From Cyanophora paradoxa CCMP329 (taxonomy: Eukaryota > Plantae > Glaucophyta): a stretch of 64,000 nucleotides of DNA. A program made the position numbers and the translations under genes. The stretch is taken from assembly GCA_004431415.1 (NCBI GenBank), contig QPMI01000050.1, positions 6,796 to 70,795 of the forward strand, in the 5' to 3' direction. Shown in pieces: positions 19,597 through 32,156 of this stretch. Every line of letters begins with the position of its first letter. The first letter of the stretch is position 1. Under the pieces are notes generated by a model. That model had not been told where the DNA came from, searched no databases, and saw only the letters and a list, made by a program, of their open reading frames with translations.

Positions 19597-20076
19597 TCAA
19601 TTAAGATTAAGCCGAGGGTTAAAACTCCGCATTTTACTATGTGTCTCTTCACCAAATGCATTGTGTGCTGTTTCAATGTACGCCTTCAAAATCGCAGGCA
19701 AGCGTGAGAGGAAATGTGGTGATCCGCGTGCTTCTGTGTCAGCTCGGATAAGTGCTCGCAATGTCCTAGCGAACCTGTCAATAATTCCAAGTTTGTTACC
19801 TTTAGAAATGTGGTCATCTTTGGTAACATCAGTGTGCATTTTCAACGAGTTCTCTTCGGCCATTGCCCGAATTGCTGCTGTGTTAAAACCGTTGTCGGCG
19901 GAGAAACCCCAGATCCCTGGTAGCTCCGCGATCATTTTTGGAAGTTGTTTGAATGTTTCTATTTTTCGCACGATAGCGAAACGGGTTGCAATCTCGACCG
20001 CTGCAAACAGACGATACCTACCAATAAATAATACATCAATTTGCCAGACACCCGGTGGAGCTGTTATCGTGTACAT
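19597..20076 (-). CDS. int: Minimal rve integrase catalytic core (integrase 2)
   Basis: WQIDVLF, SADNGF, KLGIIDRFARTL, LPAILKAY…H; ~159 aa from ATG 20076; no N- or C-terminal domains. Confidence 0.75.
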   Translation of the reverse strand: MYTITAPPGVWQIDVLFIGRYRLFAAVEIATRFAIVRKIETFKQLPKMIAELPGIWGFSADNGFNTAAIRAMAEENSLKMHTDVTKDDHISKGNKLGIIDRFARTLRALIRADTEARGSPHFLSRLPAILKAYIETAHNAFGEETHSKMRSFNPRLNLN

Positions 20077-20174
20077 TCTTCTAATTGTCACACACATAAA
20101 AAGTTTTTGGTGGATATCGCGTGAATATGCCTTAAAAAGATTGTGATTATGATTAATAATAAAGTGATATTGTA

Positions 20175-20465
20175 ATGGAGGCGGAAAACTGTTTGGCACG
20201 CAAGCGTGGTCGTCCTCCAAAGTCTATGTCTCCGGAAGTAATAGAAGAGATGAAGAAGAATCGATCAGCAGCGGTAAAAGCTCGTTATCATTCAGATGAG
20301 GAATTTCGTAAGCGCAAACTACAAGCGACGTATGAATATCAGGAAAGAAATATTGAACGTAAAAGGGAACAATGTCGTAATTATAGACGTCGGCAAAGAC
20401 AATTGCTTCTAACTTTATTGGAAAAGTTTGGTGCTCAATCGGTTGAGGTAGTTTCAGCAGCCTAA
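20175..20465 (+). CDS. Small basic AT-hook protein
   Basis: KRGRPPK AT-hook, RYHSDEEFRKRK. Confidence 0.7.
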   Translation: MEAENCLARKRGRPPKSMSPEVIEEMKKNRSAAVKARYHSDEEFRKRKLQATYEYQERNIERKREQCRNYRRRQRQLLLTLLEKFGAQSVEVVSAA

Positions 20466-20495
20466 TGTTTGGAGGTTCGCTGCAAACTTCTTTTT

Positions 20496-23400
20496 TCAAA
20501 TACGAGTGCGACAATGTCCAAGCGCCATTGTTTCTACGCCATTATCGCAAAGCCAGCGTTTTGTATCTAGCGAATGTAGTGCCTGTTTTGAGGTTTCTTG
20601 CACATAAACACGATGTTTCTTTGAGCGCATACCTCGAATTCCATTCACTTCACATGATAAGTATAGTTTCTGTCCATCTACAACTTTACCAAGAACACAA
20701 TCAATATATCTTTCCCGTGTAAGCTGGTCGGCAAAGCTTTTAGAAATCCCTTGCATCGACGCTCTTGCTTACCACTGTCGATCTGATACCAATAACTCTT
20801 AGGTCTGTTCGCGATGAATTCTACCATTTGCTTACCATTGCACTCATCTTTGAAATTGCCAAGGGCTGTCGATTCTTTCTTCATGGTGGCAATTTCTTCG
20901 TCCGACATTCCTGCAAAGAATCGATGTGACTCCGGATATTTGCTAACATCTAAAAGGTGACTTATATTTTTCAGATCAGCGTACAAATCATCTGTCTCAA
21001 TTCTAAGGATTAGCGAGTCAGTATCCGTTGCAAGCAATTTAACACGCGGACCCCAGAGCGGTTTTAGTTGCTCGTAATACATTTTAAACATGTGTAGTTT
21101 TGACATTTCCAAAACACTGAATCCACTGTATATCGGTTTGTTTAATTTGACTTGTGAACGCCGTTTAGAGATAAATACAAGATCCTCATCATATTTGACA
21201 ATTTGCTTCAATAAATTTGGTTGTGCGGCAATTTTTGACAGTCTGACACTATCAGTCACAAGCTCCGCATCGCAATGCTTTCTCACGTTTTCCATATTTT
21301 TGCCGTATAATGCATTAGTCTTGAGTTTGAATAGATCTCGCACATGATCAAAGGTTGCGGCCTGACGCATTTCGGCATTTTTTCCACATACGGTTTCATC
21401 CAAGCAGTCTGCTTGTACGTAATAACACGATGAATTTTACTCACCACAAAACCTTGACTTCTGTAAAATTTGAGTAGTCTCCCATCAACAACATATTTCT
21501 TCAATGGAAGCAGACTTGGAATAAGCTTTCGCGTCTTCATCTGAATGCAATCCTTTTTAATCATATCCTGTTGTGATCTAGATAGCATCGTTGGATCTAC
21601 AATCATTGATACTGGCGCAATCGGGTAATCATTAAATTTCTCGTGAAGCTCATCTGGAATGTAAGCATCAATTTCAAGCGTTGCTCCTATATCACCGTCA
21701 TAATCGAAACCATCATGGTCAAAGGTTTCTGGATCAACCCATTTAAAATCTCCAATCGGATGTTTCTCTAACATCGCATATCCATACAACGAATTTGCAT
21801 CTATATAGTACAGATATACTGATGGTTTGGATGGATCATAATCAACCATGTCCTTATTGTTCGCTTTTGCATATCGATTTGACACCATTGAAATACCACC
21901 ACGAATACCTGTCTCGAAGAATCTGAACATATCCTCTTGACCCTCATGCAACAGCTGTAATTGCCCACCTGTATATTTTAGAGCAGCATCCCAACTAAAG
22001 CCTGGTAGTGACATGTAATATGCAGGATCTATGCCATCTGTAGCGCGAGATGTTTCCCGATACGCTTGAAACACATCTGATAGTAACGTTATATCAAGTT
22101 TCATATAAGCAATCGTGTAATCTAACATTGTCTTACATTTCAGCTTTTTCCAAACCTTCTGTGCGTGCTCATAATCTTCAAGCTTGCACTTTTCGTTTTT
22201 CAAGTCATTGTGAAACGCCTCTATCGGAGGTAGCTTACGGTCTGCAAGCCGCTGCCAGGAATTTACGTAGCTGTAGGGATAGATGCCCTTTCTTGTCATC
22301 AAATTAAACGTTTCCGCATCGGGACATAACTCGCGAGTTTGCTTTTTCAGTTCATCTGGAAGCGATGCCGCTAGCTTTTCGAGCGTTGCTGATAGATGTT
22401 GCATGCTGTCGCGGAATACGTAAATGCCGTACTCAATTTGACTCATTTTCTCGGAGTTTTGGAACATCACTTCGAAACGATTTGAAAGCGGTGTCTCAGA
22501 TCTCTCGAATTTGATTTTTTCTTTAACAAGCTGGTTCTTGATAAATCCTGGAACTCGTTTCTCATACTCCTCAGCATTTATGCTCAGTTTGTTCATCGTC
22601 CATTCCCTCACGCTTTGATTTTGATATGTCTTCTCAAGTCGTGTTCGGACTGATCCAAGTTTTCAATCAACTTTTTCTTAAATTCAATATGTGCGGCATG
22701 TCTACGAACACTTCCCTTTGCAATTGCGCGGATCAGCAAATGCGAATCAAATCCTCGAGCATTGTGAGCAATCAAGAAAACACGTTTTGATTTGAATCTT
22801 CTACGGTTGCAGCCAGGACAAGCAGCACCTTTGAAATCACCATTATCGTGATCGTGGTCCCAAACCTTTTTGATCTTCTCGCTGAATTCAACGTTACAGA
22901 TATAGCAACTAGTAGCTGAATCAAACGTTTGCTTTGCAACATCTGTTTTTATCGCTGGTACCGATGCATTTAGCCCTTTCTTTAAAGTTGGTTCCATTGA
23001 ATCTAGCCATTCAACAAACCTCTCCTCACATCTACGTCCGCTATTTACGTGCCAATATTTTGTATCATCATTGCCTGTGATCAAACATCCAACAGCAGCT
23101 GGTATTTGACATGCAATTTCCTCTGTCTTTCCATTTTTCACAGAGTTCGTAGACATTGCAAGTGTTTCAAAATCATAGGCTCCAACATATCGTGCCGTTA
23201 TCGTATTCGCATGGTTCAGGAATTTCAATGTTGAACGGTCGGGTTTTGGAAGCACATCACGGCCATGTTCGTCTCGTTCGAGGCATCTGTCTTCTTCGAT
23301 GTGTTTCTGAAGAGCATCATCACCGCGAAATCCTTTTTGACAAGCGAGACAATAGCTGCGTGCGTTCTTGTCAATTCCAGGACGAGAAAACATTCGACTC

Positions 23401-24536
23401 ACGTTCTTGATCCAAACGAAGTGGCCATAACTACCTTCGCCAGTCACGAATAGCAGAGGAATAGCATCTCGAGCCGCTGAAATATAATATGGAGTGATAT
23501 CTAGCTTTTCATTATCAGCCACATACACGCATAGCTTCAGATTGTTTGCCTCTTCAAACCGACGGAATATCTTTGAATCAAGCGGGACAGGATAACTGAG
23601 CATTGATGTGTTGATCGTACTTAGGTGCTCTCTGTACTTGGCAGCACGTTGAGCATGCCGATCGACTGGGAACTTTGCGGATAAAACTGAATACGTAAAA
23701 CACATATTATCTGGTGCCTCCACGTTTATGACTGCGTTCTTCTTGCTAATCCATGATGGAAGTTCAAATGATGCGCCACCAACGGCGCGGACATGTTCTA
23801 GACTTTGTATGTAAAAATACGTCCACGTTTCTAACTCCCAGCTGTCATTCTCCTGTTCAGCTCTTCCATCGATCTCAACACATCTGTCACGCAGCTCAAC
23901 TTCAATGTTTGCACCGGGGAGGATACGGTAGAATTGATCTTCACTGATTTCATCTGTTTTGAAGCGGTTAGTAAAACCTTCTGTGCCATTCTGCCTATGC
24001 TTAAAAATACCTTTTGCATATACCTTTATAGATAGCCCCATTCGTGTTTCATTCGCCGCAGTCAATCGCTCAGTTATGAAACGCTCAAATTTTGCTTTGA
24101 AATCTGGGGTGTTCGCCATGTACGACGCGAGCGATGTAACTCTTAGACCGTTCGGCCTGATGATCGCAGCGCTTTCGAGTGCGTATATTCCATCTAGTGC
24201 CGTCTCGCGTGAACCATCTCCAGCAAGTTCCTCATTTGGCTGTCCAGGGAGTTCATTGAAAAGTGCTACCAGTTCAGCTTGGTTCTCAGCGATGATTATC
24301 TGCACAGTTCGCTCTGAGGCACGTCTCGTTTGTCCGACTACAGCAGCGAGCATTGAAAGCACATCAACAGTTCGTTGCAGCGTCACAAGTCGAGTTCGAG
24401 ATCCTGGTGATGAGATTCGGAGTAATTTGTTTCGATATAGTCCATGAATACGTCTACGCTCATACAAAGTTTGTGCTAGACCTACGATCTGTTGTTTTAA
24501 TAACGCTATCTGACGACGACGAGCAAATTGATTCAT
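20496..24536 (-). CDS. polB: Protein-primed family B DNA polymerase 2 (three apparent frameshifts)
   Basis: YDFET (ExoI), AHNARGFDSH (ExoII), RKGIYPY, YMKLD (ExoIII), WDHDH…AACPGCN insert, GIRGG, IDANSLYG, KLKTNALYGK, TDTDS, RPKSY, DTKRW. Confidence 0.93.
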
Positions 24537-24763
24537 TTTGAAAGTGTCGCTAGAAATAAATTTCGGTTGATCAGCGCGATCTCTTATATCATTTTATATT
24601 GTTGCTGAAACCTCTAAGACATAGTTATAACCTGAACCTAAACTTGGACTACGTCATCGGTGGGAATAATTAGCGTCTAGCTAGAACCTGAACTCGAGTA
24701 TGTAATTAGATTCCGATGATATAGTAATTACGTGTAGCATAACCCTTGAAACCTCTTTGTTTT

Positions 24764-25475
24764 TTAGATTCGAAATACACACAATTAACGTCTAAATGAT
24801 GTTGAAGATGATTCTGAGACCGGCGCTTTGGGGGTCCGCCTCAAATCATTGCTATATCTTTTGCAAGATCGATCGGTCTAGACGTTGGATATTACCTAGC
24901 GGTTGCTGTTTGGAAGGAGAGGTAGACCAGAGGGAGAGGAAGGTGGTAGACGTAAGGAGAGAGTGGACGGAAGTGGTGGTTGGGAAGGCGTTGGAGTGGG
25001 TGGGTTGGGGTGGGTTTGGAGGAGTGAGGGTGAGAAAGAGGGGGGTGGGCTGGCACCCCCACTATCTCATTTCGAAATACACACAATTAACGTCTAGAAT
25101 TGAGCTAAACGTGTTTCCTCTGTTAGCTTCATTGTACTCATTAATATCGTCTAGAATTGAGCTAAACATGTTTTCTCTGTTAGATTCAAAGTACACAAAA
25201 TTAACGTCTAGCTGTATCTGAAGATTATTCTGAGACCGGCGCTTTGGGGGTCCGCCTAAAATCACTGCTATATCTTTTGCAAATCGATCGGACTAGACGT
25301 TAGATACTACCTAGCGGTTGCTGGATGGTTGGTTTGGAGAGGTTGTGGTGGTAGACGTAACGAAGGGATGGAAGAGAATGTGTGTTGGAAGGCGTTGGAG
25401 TGTGTGGGTTGGGGTGGTTTGGAGGAGTGAGGGTGAGAAAGAGGTGGGTGGGCTGGAACCCCCACTATCTCATTT
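24764..25475. repeat. Putative terminal repeat region: ~300-bp imperfect tandem duplication with internal ~57-bp repeats
   Basis: Unit A ~24764-25072 and unit B ~25180-25475 share TTCTGAGACCGGCGCTTTGGGGGTCCGCCT…CCCCCACTATCTCATTT; two ~57-bp …CGTCTAGAATTGAGCTAAAC… copies between them; G-rich tracts. Confidence 0.8.
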
Positions 25476-26867
25476 TTTTCTTATGCTTTATTGGACTTCC
25501 TTGTATATTCAAATAACGAGTTTCCCTTTCGTTCTCTTTCGGTTGCGCATTAGAAATTTACCTTCGGTTTGGGCGTATGCGCACGCGTTTCTCTCTTGAT
25601 CATGAGCTTAATGTTGATCATGAATCTGCTTCTCTGCGGAATCGTTGTATTTGTGTACGTGCGATCTTGTATAATTTCACTACCTACGACGGGAGGGCCC
25701 CCCGACTCCGGGATCCCCCTGCCGTGGTTTGACTGGTCACGACTGTTTTGAATGACGTGACTCATGGCGTCGACTAGCCTGGCAGAGCTAGCTGGGCGCC
25801 CCGGCGGGCCTCCTGGGCGCCCCGAAGCCTTGAAGGACGAGGCGGCGGCGGCCCGCGGGCCGGCCGCCGCCGCGCCGGGGCGCGGCCCCAGTACTTGTCC
25901 GACGGTCCTTGGGGCCCGTAGACGCGCGCCCCCTCCGCGCAGTCCGACGGTCGCGCGGCGCTCGAGTGAGCGGGGGCTTCTTTTCATTCCGAATTATCTT
26001 GCAATTGAATTTAAAACTTGAAAGAAGACCTGAGCTTGCAATTGGGCTTCATGATCAACTTGCACTTGGCAGTTGCAAGGTCTCAGAGTCTACTAGGCTA
26101 AGCTTAAACTTGCCGCAGCGCCGCGAGCTGAACGGTTGCGAGCCGTCGTAATCATGATCGATATCCGATGATCATGAGTCACTGAGTCACTGAGTCATGC
26201 ATCTGAATCAAATCCCGGAGTCCCGCCGTGCACGTGGCCCAGCCTGGCCCCGGGCAGTGGCATTCGATGATCCGTCATGAGCGTCTACACCGTGGCGCCG
26301 CCATGCTGCCCGGGCCGGGCAAGATGCGCAGGGCTTTTCAAGTTTGAGGCTTGGGCGAGGATATCCTCAATATTTAACTCATTGAGCGAAAAGACAGGTC
26401 ATCATCAGATACACAGAGAGCGCGCGCTACAGACTGCCGAGATGAAACTCGCTGCGGTGGGCATTTCTACGGATGTTACAGCGCCGGGCCTCTCCCCGAG
26501 GCCGGCGTCTAAAGACGCAGTTCACGGACTGCTACTACTGCTCAGGCCTGGCCTAAAATGCTGCGTGTTCGAATTCCTGGTCCTCTGCGCGAAGCATTTT
26601 TGTACAAGCTAGCAACGCAAGTGCTACACAAGCTGAAAGATCAAACGACGATCATTAAACTAAAATCCGATCTGGGCCCCAGGAAAGTTCTTTCTCAATT
26701 TCCTAAGCGGGAAAAAGCGAGAGAGCGGGAGATAGAGGAGGAAGAAGAGAGAGAGAGAAAAAAAGCTCAAGGGGGCGCTCGGCCGGCGGCCGGGCCCGGG
26801 GCGGAGCCGGCAGCCGAGCAAGCAAGCTGGCGGGCGCGCGGGCAAGCAGGCGGCGGCGCCGCCGCGT

Positions 26868-29136
26868 CTACGACGTCATTCGGCTGTTGACGGCGTGGAG
26901 GGCGTGCAGCAGCGCCGCCTCGCGTCGGGCCTGCGCCGCCAGGAGGATGACGTGGACCTTCTCCTTAGCCGGCATCTCGTAGCCGAAGTTGACGAAGTCG
27001 TGCCGCGAGAGGTTCTCGGGCAGCGTCACCGCCTTCTTCACGTAACGCTTCAGCGCCCGGTTCAGAATCACGTTCACCTGAGCGGAGCGAACGGATCAAA
27101 TTGCGATTCAAAAATCTGAAAAAAAGGAATGAGAAAGTGGACCTGGTGGTAGTCGAAGTCGTCGTTGGAGTGGCCCATGATGAGGTGGACGTAGTACCAG
27201 ACGGCGCTGCGGAAGGGCCGCGTGTCCACGTCCGGCGCGCACGCGAAGCTGTTGTCCGTGCTCTCCAGCGTCACCTTGAACTCGCGGTCCAGCAGCGGCG
27301 CCACGCCCGGGTAGAAGCGGTTCACCATCGCGTACCCGTGCGCCGCCCAGCAGAGCTCGGTGCTCCGGAGGCCCTTGTACTCGTTCGAGCGCACGTTGAA
27401 GTCCGAGTGCTGCATGCGGTACGGCCCGATGTAGCGCGAGCAGTCGAAGTGCGGGCGGTCGGACGAGGGCGGCTCCGACGGTGGCGTGCTCGTCCCGGCT
27501 GCGACCGGGTCAGCGGAGAGCCAAGCGGACGCGCCGAGCTTAGATGAACGCACCGCCGCCGACGCGCGAGGCCTTCTCGAGGAGCGTGATCTTGTCGTCC
27601 GAGGAGCGCGTCCACGCGTCCTTGCCCAGCTTCAGCAGCCGGATGGCCTCGGCCGTGTCCACCTCCTCGCCGCCCCCGTCCGCGGGCGCCGCCGCCCCCG
27701 CCAACGGAGTCGCCGGCGTCGCCGGGGTCGCGGGGGCGGACCGGTGGCGCGGGCTCGAGCCGGCCGGGCGCGGGCTCCCCTCGCCTCCGCTGCCGCCGCC
27801 GCCGTGTGTCGGCGAAGACGGCTCGTTCGGGTCCTCCTCGTCCGCCGCGCAGAGGTCGGCCTCGGGAAGGAGCCCGCTGCCGTGCACGAAGCCGCAGAGC
27901 GAGTGGAAGGTCGACATGAGCACGATGGCGTGCATCAGCTCCGCGATGGACCAGGCGTCGGCCCCGCGGACGAGCGCCTCCACGTGCTGCTTATTCATGC
28001 GCCACGGCTGGTGCGCCATCAGCATGTTGAGCTCCAGGATATTCTGGATTTTGCGCGGCGCCTGGTCCGCCCCCTGCAGCCAGAGCGCATCGCCGCCGGC
28101 CGCGAGGAATTCCGCCTCCTGTCGCCTCACGAAGTACTCGCACCGGTGGCGCGCAGATGCCTGCCGGACGGCGGGCGGGTCAGCGCGCCGGCCGGACGGG
28201 GCGGGATGCGGGCGCGCGCGGCACAGAAAAGAGTGCCGACCAAAACAGCGATGTAGTGCCTCCAGGTGACCGGGAGCGGGCCGGGGCCGCGCATCACGTA
28301 ACTGAACGTGGCGTTGAAAGCTTCGTAGATGGGCGGCAAGTAGGCCATGACGCGCTCGAAGTGAGAAACGAGCCCGGTCTGAGGGCCGCTTGCGTCAGGA
28401 CCCCCGCGCGCAGGCCCGGAAAACCGGAGACCGACCTCATTGAATGTCTTCTCGAAGATGGACTGAGCGACGTCGCCACGCGCGTCGATGGGGATGACCT
28501 CGGAATGAGGAATGTAACGCGAGACGCTTTCGCGAGGCGCCGGCAGAGGCAAGTCCAGCTCCTGCGCAGGCATCCGCATCAGAGACAAAAGAAACATTCA
28601 GATAGCAGTGGCACGCACATCGCGCGCGAAGTCCAGGATCGCCGTGCAAGACTCGCGTATGTCCTGGTAGGGGGCTTCGACAGCGAGCCGCATGATGACG
28701 GGCAGATGGACGAGCAGAAGTGGCCGCTTGCGCGTCGCCGGCGTCAGCTTGTGCACAGGCACGACTGCGCGTGGTCAGAAGAGGCAGGGTAAGCCGGACC
28801 GCGATCACGCACTCTTATCTTCGCAGGAGCGGATGGAATCAAGCTGCTCCAACGACTTGGTCTTGATGAACGAGACCAGCTGCTGGAGAACGCGTGCCCG
28901 CATCCCGTCGTCCGGGGTCAGAGCCTGCTTCAGAAGTTGCTGGAGCGCATCCACGGCGGGCGCAGCGGAGGCTGCAGATGGCGCGCCGCCAACTCCTACT
29001 CCAAGGACGGCGCGCGGGCCGGCAGCTGCGCACGGACACGCGCAACCGCGCGGGCAGAGATCAGATTCTCCTCATCAATCTTGCAAGAGGGGACCAGAAT
29101 CTCGGGCGCACCGGAGCTGATCCCAACGCCGTACAT
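26868..29136 (-). CDS. SESN: Sestrin (PA26 family), multi-exon; start uncertain
   Basis: GPLPVTWRHYIA, AHQPW…WSIAELMHAIVLMSTFHSL, VDTRPFRSAVWYY, EKVHVILLAAQARREAALLHAL. Confidence 0.88.
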
Positions 29137-29917
29137 TGCCCTGCTTCCTTGCCCAGCGACTCCCACGACTCCAGCGCCCACAACTCCACCGCCCGCGCCG
29201 ACAATCCCCAGCATGTCCCCTACTTGCGCTCGGGAATTCCTTCACTCTAAGCCTACGATGCTATTAACCCGGCGGCATGGCTGCAGCTCCGGTCACGCCG
29301 CCATGGCTCACGGCGCGTGACTAAGGAGCGGATGATTACACAGGGGGAGGAGCGGTTCGGCGCAGCGGGCAGGGGCAAAGCGCTCTACGACACTGCTGAT
29401 GAGAACTAAAGCTGCGCGCCTTGGGCCGATGGGCCGCTTGATGCAGAGCCTTTGTCTTGCGGGGTACAACGCAAAGTCAGCAAAGTCGGAATACCCCATC
29501 CAGGAAGGCAAAGCAGACTTCTCAGGAGGACCACGGTCGAGAAGTGCGAGACACAATCAGCACGATGGTGCGTGAGAGCGGGGTTGTGAGCGCCTGCCCT
29601 CCTCCGACTCGCACTTTCTAGTTGCCCCTGTGGCTTTCCTTTAGCAAGCACATACTATCGACGAGCCTCGTGCTCTTATGACCCGCAGACGAGCCCCGCG
29701 ACCTCTTCAGCAGCGAGCCGGAATAGCTTCGGCCCGCGCGCTTAGAGGGACAGACAGGCTATGCGACATCTCGTTGTTATACTTGTCGGCGGCTGTTAGG
29801 CGGCCGCGGGCAACCTAGACCAGAGCCGTGGGTGGTCCCTTCAGCAGACAGCTCGCGTTGCCGTGGCAGGCTTTGGCCTGTGCCTGGTTCTGACGCCTTT
29901 CGCAGTTTCACAACTAC

Positions 29918-31067
29918 ATGAGTCCCCAGCGAATCAGAGAAATCGTGTCAAGGTATCAGCCGCCGAAGCCGCGGAACCCGGAGGACACAGAGAGGACGAG
30001 CAGCAGGAGCCACGGGGAGATGAAGAAGGACGTCGGGACCGTGCGCGACGGCCGCGCGGGGCAGTGGACGGGCACGGAGGCGATGCCGCCGCCCAGCCGG
30101 GGCGGGACGTGGCACGGGAGGAAGGAATTCATCAAGTGCGCCCCGCGTTTCCCTCCGGCCTCCGTGCGCGGCCGACACTTTCCTCCGCAGGCGCGAGGAC
30201 CGCAGCCGGCTGGACGGTCAGCGCGGGGCCGCCGCGATCGCTTCCGCCCACCCCGCCCTTGCCCCCGCCTGACACACGGCGGGGCGCAGAGCTCGTGGGG
30301 ATGCGCGGCGCGCCGACGCCAGTACCCGAGGAGATCATCGCGGGGATCCAGCGCCGGAACGCGCGGAGGCTTCAGGAGTCGGAGGACGGCGCGTCCCGCG
30401 GGGCCGGCCTCGACAGCCGCAGCCCGTCGCCCCCGCCCGACGCCTACTCGCCATCCCTGTCCCCGTCTCCGCCTCCGGGGTACGAGGTTCCGTGGGAGGT
30501 GCCCTCGCGCCTGGGGGGTAGCCGGAGCATGGGCTCGCTCCCCCGCCCCTCCTCCTCCGGCGGGCTCCCGGGTATGGCATCCTCCCGCCGCCTGGGAGAG
30601 CTCGCGCGGCCGCGTACCCCCCCGATGTTCCACGTGGGGCCTACGCCCTTCCCCAGCGACGTGGAGATCAAGCTCGGGCGCACCGGCAACCGCCTGCCCA
30701 CCGCCCCCTCGCCCTACCTCTCCGCTCCCTCCCCGTACCCCTCGGCCCCGTCTCCGTACCCCTCGGCCCCATCGCCGTACCCCTCGTCCCCCTCGCCGGT
30801 GCCGTCGCTCTCGGCCTCGCTCTCGGCCTCGTCGCTGCACAGCAAGACCTCGCCGCTGCGCCCCAGTCGCTACCATACCGCCCCGTACAGCTACATGGTC
30901 ACGCACAACCAGTGCCTCGGCGTGGCGCGCCCGCAGCCCTTTCTAGTACCCCCATCTTCTTGTTCCCCGTGCTGATCTGCTCGCGCTGTACCCAGGACCG
31001 CTACCTGGGGGCCTACCGCGTCACGGGCCCGCGCCAACAGCTGCGCAAGACGCCCATGATCTTCTAG
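29918..31067 (+). CDS. Hypothetical Pro/Ser-rich host protein, multi-exon
   Basis: GC3-biased exons, PSAPSPY repeats, plausible GT-AG introns. Confidence 0.5.
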
Positions 31068-31208
31068 GCGACCGCGCACCTCTCGGGCTGGCGCCCCCCG
31101 GCGCGGCGCTCGCCCCATTCGGCTATCAATCAGTTTCACAAGGAACCCGCGCAGACTGCCCTAGCTAGCTAGCCCTGTACTTGCTAAAAAATGCATCTAC
31201 CCCCCTAC

Positions 31209-32156
31209 TTACTCCTCGCGGTCCCCGCCGGTGGTGTCCCCCTTGGAGGAGGCCGGCGGGTCGCTCTCGCGCTCGCCATCAGGGACGAGCTCGGGGTCGG
31301 CGGCGGCGAGGCGCGCCGCCTCCTCCGCCTCGAAGTTCTTCTTCGCCTGCTCGATGTCCTTCTCGATGCGGATCTGCCGCTTCGCCTGGTCCTCCGCTTC
31401 GCGCTTCTTCCATTGTTTCTGCGCGCCGCGCGCCGCCGCGCGTAATTATAAGCTTCGATGCGGGGCGTCGGCCCGGCGACACCAAAGCGTTCGCCGCGGC
31501 GCACCGTGTAGACGAGCTTGGGGCCGCGCATGCAGCAGGAGGGCTTGCAGAGGACAGTGAAGAGCGCCGTGCCGGCGTCATGGATGCCCCCGAGGGACTG
31601 CACCTCCTTGAAGGGCGGGGCGCGGCAGCCCAAGTTGCGGTGGCTGTGCATCGTCGACTGGTAGTCCGTCCAGCCCCCGATGACGCACTGGCACGTCTCG
31701 TCGAAGCCTACCCCCGACACGTTTAGATTCGTGTACCTGCCGCGGCGTCAGCGTGCTTCACGCGCGACGCCGCCGCCGCCGCCCGTGCATTGTGCCGGCG
31801 ACCCCTATGCGACCCGCGCGTACGCAGTCTCCCGCGCGCGTTGCGCGGGCGCGCGAACGAGGCGCACCCGTCGGGGTCGATGAAGCGCGGCACGATGTCG
31901 TTGATTTGGTGCTGCATCCACTTGCGGCGATCGCCGGACTCGTCCCAGAAGTGCTCCTCCTCGCAGACGCACCGCTCCGAGTGCCCGTACTTCGCGTTGA
32001 ACATCACCTCGCGGTGGTGCCTGCGCGGGCGTCGGCGCCCAGCGCAGCCGAAGCCGCGTAGAGATCGCACCAGCGGGCGACCAGCATCACGTAGAGAGCG
32101 TAGTAGGCGAGAGGCGCGATGGCGCAACAGAAGCTGATCTGCCGCAGCGTCGCCAT
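31209..32156 (-). CDS. Hypothetical Cys-containing host protein, multi-exon
   Basis: Codon-biased exons (FNAKYGHSERCVCEEEHFW…; GFDETCQCVIGGW…; KREAEDQAKRQ…). Confidence 0.5.

Larger units (their letters stand above)
1..25475. mobile_element. Endogenous Polinton/Maverick-like virus region (composite; left end outside window)
   Basis: AT-rich intron-less block abutting very GC-rich intron-rich host DNA; encodes MCP, two pentons, A32 ATPase, two pPolB, two rve integrases and an SF3 primase-helicase. Right boundary approximate (25470-25760). Confidence 0.92.

Noticed and set aside
2091-24536. Programmed ribosomal frameshifting or pseudogenisation explaining the split viral genes
   Set aside because: Each break I could reconstruct is fixed by adding one base to a short homopolymer (AAGGGC ~2135, GGAAAC ~4878, TTCCCC ~6030, GAGGGG ~9997, GCCC ~14072, ACCC ~16399, and A/G runs in pPolB2), and I saw no in-frame stops once frames were joined; typical long-read deletion errors. 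Needs read-level polishing to confirm.
18190-25475. TIR pair delimiting the second module as a self-contained transposon
   Set aside because: I could not find the reverse complement of the 24764-25475 repeats anywhere in 18.1-19.6 kb by eye.
1-25475. Absence of a maturation cysteine protease or tyrosine recombinase as a defining feature
   Set aside because: The element is truncated by the left window edge, so missing genes may lie outside the window.
25569-25751. Small membrane protein ORF at the virus-host junction
   Set aside because: 60 aa, non-ATG start in the track, no recognisable motif; cannot be supported.
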